From Hyalangium minutum (lineage in GTDB: Bacteria > Myxococcota > Myxococcia > Myxococcales > Myxococcaceae): a stretch of 62,000 nt of DNA. The notes under the pieces are model-generated. The model did not search any database, was not told where the DNA came from, and worked only from the letters and a program-made list of their open reading frames with translations. This document shows positions 30,033 to 39,858 of this stretch, piece by piece (the first letter of the stretch is position 1; each line of letters opens with the position of its first letter). The stretch covers positions 144,001 to 206,000 of the forward strand of contig NZ_JMCB01000013.1 of assembly GCF_000737315.1 (NCBI RefSeq). The letters are read 5' to 3'. A program made the translations under genes and the position numbers.

Positions 30033-30773
30033 TTACTTCGCAGGAGCAAATTGGAAATCCGTCTCACTGGTCCAGTGGACGGTGCCGACGGGGGTCTTGT
30101 GCCACTGGCCTTGTGCATCCGGTGTCCATTTCAGCACCTCGGTGCTTCCGTGGCTGTACTCATAGAAGCCGTCGCACGAGAACGGTTCCGGTGGGTGAGC
30201 GTTCGAGATGAAGGCGACGATGCTGACAGGGACGACGCCTTGCTCCGTTTGAACAGAGCCGCCATGAATCCGGGCGATCTTCGCCACGGCAGCGATGTCT
30301 TCCTCCGAGATGTTGGTGGGCGTGGCGGGATGGTTGTGAAGGAAGTACAGGTATTGGAGGCTGCGAGGGGGATATCGCGGGTCCTCCACGAAGGCCGGGG
30401 CTCTGCAGCCCTTTTCGCCGTTGGCGCGAAGCGGCTCCGTGCTCTCCACGAGGTAGCTCAGCTCGTATTGGTGGGTTGGCGTGTAGTAGAGCCAGGCGCA
30501 GTACTCGTTTGATACGCGCCACCGCACAGGGAAACTCGTGTCATCCGAGCGCCCAGCCGTTGCGTTGCGCTGACCCAGGATGAGTGGGCAGGCCGCCAGC
30601 AGCGCATCCCAAGAGGTGGGGAACGGTCCCTGGCCTGGAAATGGGCCGGCTACGCTGGAAGGGATCTTCCCGGACTCAAAGCGCACAACGCCTGGAGGTG
30701 GCGGAGTGGGAACGCATCCCCAGGCCGCAAGAAGCCCCAGCAGGTAGGCCCAGAGTGGTCTCCCCACATGCAT
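30033..30773 (-). CDS. Lipoprotein with a JAB/MPN+ (JAMM)-type metal motif
   Basis: ATG 30773 after GGAGAGG; lipobox LAAWGC (Cys20); NEYC...HNHPATPTNISEED fits E...HxHx7Sx2D. Confidence 0.75.
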   Translation of the reverse strand: MHVGRPLWAYLLGLLAAWGCVPTPPPPGVVRFESGKIPSSVAGPFPGQGPFPTSWDALLAACPLILGQRNATAGRSDDTSFPVRWRVSNEYCAWLYYTPTHQYELSYLVESTEPLRANGEKGCRAPAFVEDPRYPPRSLQYLYFLHNHPATPTNISEEDIAAVAKIARIHGGSVQTEQGVVPVSIVAFISNAHPPEPFSCDGFYEYSHGSTEVLKWTPDAQGQWHKTPVGTVHWTSETDFQFAPAK

Positions 30774-30804
30774 GGTCCTCTCCTGCACTGATTGTAGGTG
30801 GACC

Positions 30805-31998
30805 TTACGCCGTCTCGGGGAGGCCCGCGGCGTTCAGCCGGGTGAAGACCTGCATCACGAGGTACAGCGCGAAGGCGGCGTCATCCACCCGCGCCGTGTC
30901 CACGTGGTTGGACAGCCCCTGCAGCCGCAGCAGGTCCGAGCCATCCACCCGCAGCAGGAAGCCCTGCTGTGCCAACGAGCCCTCTCCCGCCAACGCCAGG
31001 GCTCGCCGGACCGCGTCCACGCACGCTTTCACGCACTGGGCATACTGTCCGCTGGCGAATGCGGTCTCCGCCGCACGGGCGTGGTCGAACAGCTCTCCCG
31101 GCGCCAGCGCCGTCGCAGGCCCCATCGCCCGTTGGCCCGCCGTGCGAGGGACGGGCACCGCCGAGGAGTTCGGAGTCACCTCCATCCGAGCCGCAGGAGC
31201 CATGGCTGCCGCCACGATGGGCGCGGGCCCACCCGCCGAGGCCACCGCAGGCAGTGTCGTCGAGGAGGGCGGGTGCTGCCGGGGCGTCATCGCCGGAGGT
31301 TGCACTGCCTGCATCGTCTGGGACGGCCGCGTCGGCAGGTGCTGGCTCAGCTGCGCCTCCAGCCCTGCTCCCGGAGCCACAGGGCTCGGGGTCGGGCGGG
31401 GCGGGGGAACGATGCGCTTGGCCCGGAGATCCTTGATGACCAGCCGGGTGATGGCTTTGAGCGAGTCCAGCACCCCCTGGCCGCTCGTGGCCGAGGTCTC
31501 GAACTCAGGCGCGCCGCGCGCGTTCAGCGCCGCTCGCATCTGCTCCACGGGCATTGCCTTGTCGATGTCCCGCTTGTTCCACTGCATCACCAGCGGGAAC
31601 CGATCCAGCCGGATGCCCTGCTCGAGCAGGTTCTCCTCCAGGTTTTGCAGCGACTCGCGGTTGGAGTCCAACGCCTCCGGCTGCGAGTCCGCCACGAACA
31701 CCACCCCGTCCGCCCCCTGCAGCACCAGCTTGCGCGTGGCGTTGTAGAAGACCTGGCCCGGCACCGTGTACAGCGCCAGCCGCACGGAGCAGTCATTCAC
31801 CCGCTCCACCTTCACCGGCAGGAAGTCGAAGAAGAGGGTGCGGTCGCCCTCCGTGGCGATGGACATCATCTCGCCTCGGTGCGCCGGCCGGACCGTCTCG
31901 TAGATCTTCCGCAAGGTCGTCGTCTTGCCCGACAACCCCGGTCCGTAGAAAACGATCTTCGCGGCCACTTCGCGGGCCAACAGGTTCACGCTGCTCAC
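30805..31998 (-). CDS. MglA-family small GTPase with a long C-terminal extension
   Basis: GPGLSGKTT (G1), DRTLFFDF (G2), TVPGQ (G3) and NKRD (G4); about 200 extra aa (Pro-rich linker plus helical domain). Confidence 0.9.
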   Translation of the reverse strand: MSSVNLLAREVAAKIVFYGPGLSGKTTTLRKIYETVRPAHRGEMMSIATEGDRTLFFDFLPVKVERVNDCSVRLALYTVPGQVFYNATRKLVLQGADGVVFVADSQPEALDSNRESLQNLEENLLEQGIRLDRFPLVMQWNKRDIDKAMPVEQMRAALNARGAPEFETSATSGQGVLDSLKAITRLVIKDLRAKRIVPPPRPTPSPVAPGAGLEAQLSQHLPTRPSQTMQAVQPPAMTPRQHPPSSTTLPAVASAGGPAPIVAAAMAPAARMEVTPNSSAVPVPRTAGQRAMGPATALAPGELFDHARAAETAFASGQYAQCVKACVDAVRRALALAGEGSLAQQGFLLRVDGSDLLRLQGLSNHVDTARVDDAAFALYLVMQVFTRLNAAGLPETA

Positions 31999-33149
31999 GG
32001 TGTAAGCTTACCTAGAACGACTCTGCGTCTCGCGCCAGTCGCCGACGGTACATTCGCTGGGGTCCCCAGCAGGTGCTCGGCCGCCAGCAAGGCAAAGCAG
32101 GCGGCTTCCTTGGCTCCTTCGGGAAACCCCAGGGTGTCCAGCGGCTTCACCGGCACAGGCCCCAGCCGCGCCGTGAACCGCTCCATCAGCGCCGGATTTC
32201 GGCTTCCTCCTCCAGAGACGTACACCGCCTCCAAGGACTTGAAACGGGGGAGGACGTAGGCCTCGTAGGCCCGCGCCGTGGCCTCCACCGTGAAAGCCAG
32301 CGCCGTGGCCAGCAGATCCGCCGGACGATCCGGGGACTGCTCCCAGAGGAAGGACACCAGCGCCTCGCCAAACCCCTCGCGCCCCGCGCTCCGAGGCGGC
32401 GGCAGGGCGAAGAACGGGTGCGTCAGCAGGTCCGCCAGCAGCGCCGGGATGGGCTTGCCCTGCCGAGACAGCTGCCCGTCCAAGTCACACTGGAGCTTGC
32501 CCCCCGTCATCCGCCGCGCCAGCCCGTCCAGCACCATGTTGCCCGGGCCCGTGTCGAAGGCGAGCACGTCGTCCAGCCGCTCGCCCACCACGCTCACGTT
32601 GGCGATGCCACCAATGTTCTGGAACGCTCGCACCGCCCCCGGCTGCCGGAACACCGCCCAGTCGAAGTAGGGCACCAGCGGCGCCCCCTGGCCCCCTGCG
32701 GCCATGTCCCGTGTACGGAAGTCACTCACCACAGGGATGCCCAGGCGCTCGGCGATGACGGAGGCTTCGCCCAGCTGCAGGGTGGAGGGCGTGGTGGAGA
32801 GGCTCGTGGGCAGGTGCGCCATCGTCTGCCCGTGCGAGCCGATCACATCCACGTCCCCGTTGCGCAGGCCCGCGCGGGTGATGACGGCCTGGGCCGCCTC
32901 TGCGAAGCGCTCGCCCAGCTCGAAGTTGAGCTCACAGAGCGAGCGCGCATCCTGCGGCCCGAGCACGCGCTGGATGAACTCCGGCGGGAACGGGCGGGAG
33001 ACGTGCGTCAGCAGCTTCAGCGTCACGGAGGGGCCCGTGCCCTCGATCTTGCAGAGCACCGCCTCCACCGCGTCCACGCTCGTGCCAGAGATCAGCCCCA
33101 CACAGAGGCGAGGGCGGCTCGGGTCGGCGGGGGAGCGAGGGGGGCGCAT
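31995..33149 (-). CDS. anmK: Anhydro-N-acetylmuramic acid kinase
   Basis: GLISGTSVDAV, GSHGQT, DFRTRDMAAGGQGAPLVP, NIGGIAN, FDTGPGN and SGGG motifs. Confidence 0.95.
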   Translation of the reverse strand: MRPPRSPADPSRPRLCVGLISGTSVDAVEAVLCKIEGTGPSVTLKLLTHVSRPFPPEFIQRVLGPQDARSLCELNFELGERFAEAAQAVITRAGLRNGDVDVIGSHGQTMAHLPTSLSTTPSTLQLGEASVIAERLGIPVVSDFRTRDMAAGGQGAPLVPYFDWAVFRQPGAVRAFQNIGGIANVSVVGERLDDVLAFDTGPGNMVLDGLARRMTGGKLQCDLDGQLSRQGKPIPALLADLLTHPFFALPPPRSAGREGFGEALVSFLWEQSPDRPADLLATALAFTVEATARAYEAYVLPRFKSLEAVYVSGGGSRNPALMERFTARLGPVPVKPLDTLGFPEGAKEAACFALLAAEHLLGTPANVPSATGARRRVVLGKLTP

Positions 33150-33252
33150 GGTCCGATTGTAAGCCCCCGGGCTCACGCTGGCCCGGAAACAGTGGATGCG
33201 CGAAGGGAGGGGGGCTGAGTGCTCGCCAAAACGGACGGGGCGTGAGAGCAGG

Positions 33253-33888
33253 CTACCGGTTGCAGGCCTGATCCATGCCGCCCTCGCAGGCCTTCTGGAA
33301 CAGCTCGACGGCGCGCTTCGGATCCGCCGTCACGCCACGGCCTTTCTCGTAGAAGAGGCCGAGGTTGAAGCAGGCACCGGCCTCACCTGTCGCGCAGGAT
33401 TGCTCGAAGATCTTGGCGGCGCGGCTGTCGTCCTGCGTCACACCCCGGCCCTGGGCATACAAGGCGCCGAGGTTGGTGCAGCCCCGGCTCGCACCCAAAG
33501 TGCAGGCCTTGTCGAAGAGCAGGGCGGCGTGGCCGTCGTCGCGCGTCACGCCGCTGCCCTGCACATAGAGGATGCCCAGGTTGGTGCAGCCGCGGGCGTC
33601 ATCGCCATCGCAGGCCTTCTCGAAGAGCGGGGCGGCGCGGCTGTCATCCTTCTCCACGCCCACGCCCTCCCAGTAGCTGACGCCCAGTTGGTAGCAGCCC
33701 TCCTTGTCGCCGGCCGCGCAGGCCTTCTCGCGATCAACAAAGGTCGGCTGGGCGGGCGTGACGGCGGTGGCGTCGTGCACTGCGGAGGGAGCGGCGGCGG
33801 CGGGCTTGCTCGTGGCGCAGCCTCCAAGTCCCACTGCGAGCGCGCAGATTCCGAGCATGAGGGCTGAAGCGTAGGGCGACGGTGACAT
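33253..33888 (-). CDS. Cys-rich Sel1-like-repeat lipoprotein (Hcp-type)
   Basis: ATG 33888 after AGGAGG; lipobox LGGC; four GCxNLGxxYxxGxGVxxD...A...KAC-type repeats. Confidence 0.88.
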   Translation of the reverse strand: MSPSPYASALMLGICALAVGLGGCATSKPAAAAPSAVHDATAVTPAQPTFVDREKACAAGDKEGCYQLGVSYWEGVGVEKDDSRAAPLFEKACDGDDARGCTNLGILYVQGSGVTRDDGHAALLFDKACTLGASRGCTNLGALYAQGRGVTQDDSRAAKIFEQSCATGEAGACFNLGLFYEKGRGVTADPKRAVELFQKACEGGMDQACNR

Positions 33889-33905
33889 GACTGCCTCCTG
33901 GGGGC

Positions 33906-34832
33906 TCACGGCGTGCGTCGGGGTTTGGACTTCTGCTGCTCGAGGGTTCGCAGGGAGTCGCGCTGGAGCCGTGCTTGCGCCTCTTCCCGGCCCAACCCGG
34001 TGAAGTGCATCGCGAGCGCCGTCTTCACAGAGCCGCCCGCGGTGCTCAGCAGCCGTCGCGCCCGTGCGAGGGGCAGCTCCGTCAGCTCCGCCACCATGCG
34101 CACGGCACGCGCTTGGAGCTTCGCGTTGGCCGGGCGCACGTCCACCATCCGCCCGCGGTACACCTTGCCCAGCGAGACGAAGGCCGCCGTGGTGAGCGCA
34201 TTGAGGATCAACTTGGTGGCGGTGCCCGCCTTGAGCCGCGTGGAGCCCGCCACCAGCTCCGGGCCCGTCACCGCCAGGATCAGGATGTCTACCTGGAGCC
34301 GAGGCCCAGGAGGGTTACAGCACACGAGCACCGTCCGCGCTCCCCGTCGCCGCGCCTCGGCCAGCGCCCCGAGCACATAGGGCGTGGATGCACTGGCGGA
34401 GATGCCGCACACCACGTCCTTGGGGCCCGCGCGGAACCGGCGCACGGACTGAGCGCCTGCGGCCGGATCATCCTCGGCGCCTTCCACGGCGCGAGTCAGC
34501 GCCCGGTGGCCTCCGGCGATAACGGCCTGGACCTGGGAGGGAGGAGAACCAAACGTCGGCGGGCACTCACTGGCGTCGAGCACGCCGAGTCGCCCGCTGG
34601 TGCCAGCGCCCACGTAGAGCAGCCGGCCCCCGGCCCGCAACGCATCCGCTACGGCCCGCGCTGCTTCCGCTACGGACGGGAGCGCGCTGCGGACCGCTCG
34701 GACGGCAGCCAGGTCTTCCTGATGCATCCGGCGGACGAGGGCCTCGACAGAGAGGAGGTCCAGCTCGTCCGCGCGGGGATGAAGCCGCTCAGTGGGCGGG
34801 AGCGCGAGCGGAGTCGAACGCGGCCTTCCCAC
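33906..34832 (-). CDS. murQ: N-acetylmuramic acid 6-phosphate etherase
   Basis: GAGTSGRLGVLDASECPPTF, EGAED, GPE..AGSTRLKAGTATK and GKVY motifs. Confidence 0.96.
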   Translation of the reverse strand: MGRPRSTPLALPPTERLHPRADELDLLSVEALVRRMHQEDLAAVRAVRSALPSVAEAARAVADALRAGGRLLYVGAGTSGRLGVLDASECPPTFGSPPSQVQAVIAGGHRALTRAVEGAEDDPAAGAQSVRRFRAGPKDVVCGISASASTPYVLGALAEARRRGARTVLVCCNPPGPRLQVDILILAVTGPELVAGSTRLKAGTATKLILNALTTAAFVSLGKVYRGRMVDVRPANAKLQARAVRMVAELTELPLARARRLLSTAGGSVKTALAMHFTGLGREEAQARLQRDSLRTLEQQKSKPRRTP

Positions 34833-34849
34833 CCTCGAGCGCTCGGCGA

Positions 34850-35041
34850 TCAGGCGGCCTTGGTGATCTTGCCCGCCTTGATGCAGCGGGTGCAGGCCAG
34901 GACGCGCTCGGTACGGCCCTCAACGCTGGCCCGGATCTTCTGGAGGTTCGGCAGCGTCCGCTTCTTGGTCTTGTTGTTCGCGTGGGAGACGTTGTTGCCC
35001 ACGAGCGGCCGCTTCCCACAGATGTCACACTTCCACGCCAT
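34850..35041 (-). CDS. rpmB: 50S ribosomal protein L28 (Zn-ribbon, C+ form)
   Basis: [34 protein letters not shown]...CTRCIKAG (63 aa, the tail of the ORF-track entry 34850..36151). Confidence 0.97.
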   Translation of the reverse strand: MAWKCDICGKRPLVGNNVSHANNKTKKRTLPNLQKIRASVEGRTERVLACTRCIKAGKITKAA

Positions 35042-35142
35042 GACAGCCAACTCCTTGAAAACAGGGGCTTTACAGGCTCTGCCCCGAAAAGAGCGGCGGA
35101 ACCTACCAGAAATCCCCTGAAAATCCAGCCGATCCGTTGGGC

Positions 35143-36654
35143 CTACCCCGCCGTGGGGGTCTTCTTCTTGAGCATTTCCTGCACGAGCCGCGCGGCGCGC
35201 ATCCCCGCGAGGAACTCGCCCTCCAGGCCCAGGCCAGGGAGCACCTCGCGGCCGGCGAGGAGGATGTTCTTCGCCGGCGTGCGCTGCTTCAAACCCGTGA
35301 CGCCCAGGAAGGCTTCCGCCTCGAAGGTGTAGAGGGGGTGGGGCATGAGCCTGCTGCCTCGCACGCCGCCAGCGTCCAAGTACGGCGCCGAGCGCAGCAC
35401 CCGGTGGGGCAGGGTGAAGGGCATCAGCGTCTCCAGCTCCTTGTCGATGCGCTGCGCAAGGACTTGCATGTGCTCTTCGCCCAGATCCCTCACGGAGGCG
35501 GGCACGAACGCGGCGGCGCAGACCACGCGGAGGGACTCGTCCTCCTGGCCCGACGGGGTGCGCGCCGGGTGGACCTGGATCAGCAGCGGCCGGAGCTCCA
35601 CGTCCTCGCTCTCCACGAGGAGCAGCTCGCCCATGCCTCGGGGCAGGGCGTTCGCGGGGACCACCCAGTTCACCGCGAAGAGCAGGGAGCGGTTGGTGGA
35701 GGCATCCAGGTGCTCGAGCAGGCTGCGGTGCCGCTTGCGGTCGGTGATGAGCCGCCGCAGCGCGCTCGAGTCCATGGCCGACACCAGGCACGAGGCCCGG
35801 TAGACGACGTCCGAGCGCACCAACTTCACGCCGGAGAAGCGCGCCCCATCGAAGGTGATCTCCTCGACGACGTAGCTGTCCGAGTTCTCGCGGGTGAGCA
35901 CGTCGCCGCCCAGCTCGGAGAGCCGCTTGACGATCATCTCGCGCAGGCCCTCGTTTCCGCCGGGGAAGCGCTGGGGAGACTGGAGCGCCTGGGACAAGGG
36001 GCGGGTGAGCGACAGGGGCGAGGAGGCCTCGTCCAGGTGGATCAGGAAGGGCAGCAGGCCCCGCAGCAGGGCGCCGGGCGGGGTGTTGTTGGACAGGCGC
36101 GGGTGTTTCTCCAGGCCCTCGTGCTGGCCGATCTTCTTTTTCAGGCCCCACGCCTCGAAGAAGCCATCCGGGGGCAGGTTGGGCTGCTCCTTGAGGAAGG
36201 CGTTGCTCTCTTCGTGCTGGGAGGCGGTGGTGGTGAGGGCAGCGAAGAGGCCCTCGGCCGCGTCACCGAACTCGCGGACCAGCTCGGCGCGACGGCGCGC
36301 AGGATCGGGCTGCAGATCCACCCGGTGGCGGGGCAGGACGAGCTGCAGCTCGGGCTGGTGCGGGCGCAGGGAGCGCTGGACGGTGGTGGTGAGGCCCAGC
36401 TCAGTGAAGGCCTCCTCCACGAGGGGCATCGCCTTGAGCGGGGGCGTGATGGAGGGTCCGTAGGGGAGCACATAGCCGCCGTGCTCGTAGCCAGTGCCGG
36501 TGCCGTCATGGTCGATGAGCAGCACACGGTGCTTGCGCTTGGCCAGGAGCGCGGCCGTGAGGGCTCCGCCCAGTTGGCTGCCCACGACGATGGCGTCGTA
36601 GACGTGCCGGGAGGGACCCGAGGGAACCTGGAGTCTGGCGGGCTGGGTGGCCAT
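35143..36654 (-). CDS. Phytoene-desaturase-like FAD/NAD(P)-dependent oxidoreductase
   Basis: N-terminal [12 protein letters not shown]...VLLID dinucleotide fold and C-terminal [17 protein letters not shown]. Confidence 0.72.
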   Translation of the reverse strand: MATQPARLQVPSGPSRHVYDAIVVGSQLGGALTAALLAKRKHRVLLIDHDGTGTGYEHGGYVLPYGPSITPPLKAMPLVEEAFTELGLTTTVQRSLRPHQPELQLVLPRHRVDLQPDPARRRAELVREFGDAAEGLFAALTTTASQHEESNAFLKEQPNLPPDGFFEAWGLKKKIGQHEGLEKHPRLSNNTPPGALLRGLLPFLIHLDEASSPLSLTRPLSQALQSPQRFPGGNEGLREMIVKRLSELGGDVLTRENSDSYVVEEITFDGARFSGVKLVRSDVVYRASCLVSAMDSSALRRLITDRKRHRSLLEHLDASTNRSLLFAVNWVVPANALPRGMGELLLVESEDVELRPLLIQVHPARTPSGQEDESLRVVCAAAFVPASVRDLGEEHMQVLAQRIDKELETLMPFTLPHRVLRSAPYLDAGGVRGSRLMPHPLYTFEAEAFLGVTGLKQRTPAKNILLAGREVLPGLGLEGEFLAGMRAARLVQEMLKKKTPTAG

Positions 36655-36818
36655 TCGGGGGGCACACTACACAACGTCCCGGCTCCTGGCGCCTTTCTGA
36701 TGCGCGGACCTGTCGGGTGCCCTGCGAGTCCGGGTGGGGCCTCAGGGCCTTGGACTGGGGGCGGAGTCCCGCCGGTTGTGCGCTCAGTAGGGGCAAGGGT
36801 GGGAGCGCGCGGGCGGGG

Positions 36819-37511
36819 TCAGACGGCGCGCGCCGCCGCGATCAGGAGCCGGGCCTCCAGATCGGGCGGGAGGGTGGCGAAGTCTGGAGCCACCCACTGG
36901 GCGCCTGCCTCGCGGAGCACCTCGGGGGGCGTGGTGCTGGTGATGCCCACCGCGGCCATGCCCGCCGCGCGTGCCGCGATGATGCCGTTCACCGCATCCT
37001 CGAAGACGACGCACGAGGCGGGATCGACATCGAGCGCCTTGGCTGCGGCCAGGAAGATGTCCGGCGCGGGCTTGCCCCGGACCACCTCTTCGGCGCCGAC
37101 GACGCGCGCGAACAGCGAGCGGATGCCGAGCCCATCAAGCACCAGTGCACGGTTTCCCGTGGGGGCAGCGGTGGCGACGGCCAGCCGGGCCCCCGCGCTT
37201 CGCAGGCGGGCGATGAAGGCCTCGGCGCCTCTCATGAGCGATAGGTGGGGCTTATAGAGCTGGCGGTAGTGGGTCTCCTTCTCCTCGGCCAGCTGGTTCA
37301 GTTCTTCGGCAGAGAGGGGACGGCCCAGCAGGATGGGGAGGATCTCCTCGTTCTTCTTGCCCGCGAACTCGCGCTCGAACCGCTCGGCGGTGGCGTCGAT
37401 GCCGAGGCGCTGCGAGAGGGACACCCAGGCCTCGGAGTGGAAGCGCATGTTGTCGACGAGGGTGCCATCCATGTCGAAGATGGCGGCGTGCAGAAGTGTA
37501 GGCGCGATCAT
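36819..37511 (-). CDS. HAD-family phosphatase (beta-PGM/CbbY-like)
   Basis: IFDMDGTLVD, AVATAA, GKPAPDIF and VFEDAVNG motifs. Confidence 0.92.
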   Translation of the reverse strand: MIAPTLLHAAIFDMDGTLVDNMRFHSEAWVSLSQRLGIDATAERFEREFAGKKNEEILPILLGRPLSAEELNQLAEEKETHYRQLYKPHLSLMRGAEAFIARLRSAGARLAVATAAPTGNRALVLDGLGIRSLFARVVGAEEVVRGKPAPDIFLAAAKALDVDPASCVVFEDAVNGIIAARAAGMAAVGITSTTPPEVLREAGAQWVAPDFATLPPDLEARLLIAAARAV

Positions 37512-37604
37512 GTCTCCTGAATTATCGCGTCCCGCGCCAGGATGGGATCGGGAAGCGCACGGAGGTGTCTGTCTGCTTGAGTGGGAGGAGGCCAGACCCG
37601 TGCC

Positions 37605-38096
37605 TCACAGCTCCTCGTCACTGAGGATGATGACCCCAGCGGAGTGGAGCAGGGCGGCTGTGACGCCTCGGCCCCGGACCACCTGGCCGTTCACGTGCGT
37701 GCCTTGGCTGCCGCATGAAGGGCTGCGCTCCTTGAGCACGGCCACCTTCACTCCGAAGCGCTTTACCGCCTCCAGGGCCAGCTCCGCGCCGTAGCGGAAC
37801 GCGGCTGTCCGGTCATCGCCCGTCGCGGCCACCACCGCCTGGGCCTGGCCCGCCAGCACCGCCTCTCCCGTGCCTCCGCGCAGCTCCACCGCGGGCCTCG
37901 GAATGCCCAGGCCCGCGCCCGTCTCCGGGCACACGGGCACGAGCTCCTTGCCCTCCAGTGCCCGCATCACCGGGTTCGAGCCTTTCGACTTCCCGTCGTA
38001 CCGGCAGGCTTCACCGAATAGGCACGCACTCACCAGCACCACCGAAGCCTCGCGCAGCGCCGCTAGCCGCTCCTCTTGCGTCAGCTCCACAGTCAT
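37605..38096 (-). CDS. DUF523 / 2-thiouracil desulfurase-family protein
   Basis: VSACLFGEACRYDG, VCPE...GLGIPR, KERSPSCG and GVTAALL motifs. Confidence 0.9.
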   Translation of the reverse strand: MTVELTQEERLAALREASVVLVSACLFGEACRYDGKSKGSNPVMRALEGKELVPVCPETGAGLGIPRPAVELRGGTGEAVLAGQAQAVVAATGDDRTAAFRYGAELALEAVKRFGVKVAVLKERSPSCGSQGTHVNGQVVRGRGVTAALLHSAGVIILSDEEL

Positions 38097-38755
38097 GGCG
38101 CCCCAGGGCTCCGCAGGCTCTGCTCGCTTCCCGTGACTTGCGCGGCCACCCGCGTTCCAGTCCCTTCCAGCGTCACCTTCCCCGTCACCACCAGACGCAC
38201 CGCCAGCGGGTAGAGCTTATGCTCCTCCGCGAGGATGCGCGCGCTCAGGCTTGCTTCGTCATCCCCTGGCAGCACCGGCACCGCCGCCTGCGCGATGATC
38301 GGCCCCGTGTCCGTGCCCGCGTCCACGAAGTGCACCGTGCATCCGGCGATCTTCACCCCGCGTTCCAGCGCCTGCCTTTGGGCATGCAGCCCCGTGAACG
38401 CTGGTAGCAGGGAAGGGTGGATGTTCAACACTCGCCCCGGAAATCTCGCCAGGAAGTCCGCGCTCACCAGCCGCATGAAGCCCGCCAGACACACCCACTC
38501 CACGCCCGCCTTCTCCAGCTCATCCCCGAGCGCCCGCTCGAAGTCCGCCCGCGAGCCGAACGCATTGTGATCCAGCGCCACCGCGGGCACTCCCGCCTTG
38601 CGCGCCCGCTCCAGCCCGAACGCGGTGGGCACGTTGGACACCACGCACACCACCTGCGCCGGGAAGTCCGCCTGCGCGCACGCGTCCAGCAGCGCCTGCA
38701 GGTTGCTCCCGCTGCCGGAGATCAGCACCGCCAGCCGGGCTCGCCCGCCGCTCAT
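38093..38755 (-). CDS. purN: Phosphoribosylglycinamide formyltransferase
   Basis: [27 protein letters not shown] and [14 protein letters not shown] motifs. Confidence 0.97.
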   Translation of the reverse strand: MSGGRARLAVLISGSGSNLQALLDACAQADFPAQVVCVVSNVPTAFGLERARKAGVPAVALDHNAFGSRADFERALGDELEKAGVEWVCLAGFMRLVSADFLARFPGRVLNIHPSLLPAFTGLHAQRQALERGVKIAGCTVHFVDAGTDTGPIIAQAAVPVLPGDDEASLSARILAEEHKLYPLAVRLVVTGKVTLEGTGTRVAAQVTGSEQSLRSPGAP

Positions 38756-39786
38756 GGCTCGATGACCGCCGTGGCCTCGCCCTGGCCCTGTTCCACGCGC
38801 CCCACCTCCGATGCCTTCACGCCTCGCGCGCTCAGCACACTCAGCGCCTGCGCCACGTCCTCCTTCGCCACCACCACGATCAGCCCCAGCCCCATGTTGA
38901 ACGTGGAGAACATCTCGTCACGCGCCACCCCGCCCACTTTCGCGATCAGATCGAAGATAGGAGGTCGGCTCCACGCCTTCTCGCTCAGCACCGCCCGCGT
39001 TCCGTCCGGCAGGCAGCGGGGCAGGTTGCCCGGAATGCCGCTCCCGGTGATGTGCGCCATGCCCTTCACCTTCACCGCCTTCGCCAGTGCCAGCGCGTCC
39101 TTCACGTAGATCTTCGTGGGCTCCAGCAGCGCATCCGCCAGCGGCCGGCCCAGGCCCGCGGGCGTCTCCTTCAGCGGCAGCTTCCCGTCGTCCAGCAGCA
39201 CCTTGCGCGCCAGCGAGTACCCGTTCGAGTGCAGCCCCGACGACGGCAGGCCGATCAGCGCATCGCCCGGCATCACCGTCCGCCCATCGATGATCTCCGA
39301 GCGCTCCACCACCCCCACGCAGAACCCCGCCACGTCGTACTCGCCCCGTGAGTAGAACCCCGGCATCTCCGCCGTCTCGCCGCCCAGCAGTGTGCATCCG
39401 GCCTGCTCGCAGCCCAACGCGATGCCCTTCACCACCGCGGCTGCCGCGTCCACCTCCAGCCTCGATGTGGCGAAGTAGTCCAGGAAGAACAGCGGCTCCG
39501 CGCCACAGGTGAGGATGTCGTTCACCGACATGGCCACCAGGTCGATGCCCACCGTGTCGTGCCGCCCTGCCAGGAATGCCACCTTCAGCTTCGTGCCCAC
39601 CCCGTCCGTGCCCGCCACCAGCACCGGCTCCCGGTACTTGCCCGGGGGCAGGGCGAACAGTCCTCCGAAGCCGCCCACTCCAGCCACCACCTCGGGCCGC
39701 ATCGTGCGCGCAGCGTACGGCTTGATCCGCTCGACGAAGGCGTCTCCCGCCTCGATGTCCACTCCGGCCTGCTTGTAGGTCGTCAC
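38752..39786 (-). CDS. purM: Phosphoribosylformylglycinamidine cyclo-ligase (AIR synthetase)
   Basis: Starts at GTG 39786 (TYKQAGVDI); [35 protein letters not shown] and FNMGLG motifs. Confidence 0.97.
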   Translation of the reverse strand: MTTYKQAGVDIEAGDAFVERIKPYAARTMRPEVVAGVGGFGGLFALPPGKYREPVLVAGTDGVGTKLKVAFLAGRHDTVGIDLVAMSVNDILTCGAEPLFFLDYFATSRLEVDAAAAVVKGIALGCEQAGCTLLGGETAEMPGFYSRGEYDVAGFCVGVVERSEIIDGRTVMPGDALIGLPSSGLHSNGYSLARKVLLDDGKLPLKETPAGLGRPLADALLEPTKIYVKDALALAKAVKVKGMAHITGSGIPGNLPRCLPDGTRAVLSEKAWSRPPIFDLIAKVGGVARDEMFSTFNMGLGLIVVVAKEDVAQALSVLSARGVKASEVGRVEQGQGEATAVIEP

Positions 39787-39858
39787 GGGCGGCCTTCTAC
39801 CGGCAAGCCCCCGCCCTTGTCTCGGCCCAGAAGCGCAGGTGTCGTGTTTGCGGCTACC

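Noticed and set aside
34850-35041. Zinc-ribbon form of L28
   Set aside because: Common and ordinary; no Zn-free paralog in the window.
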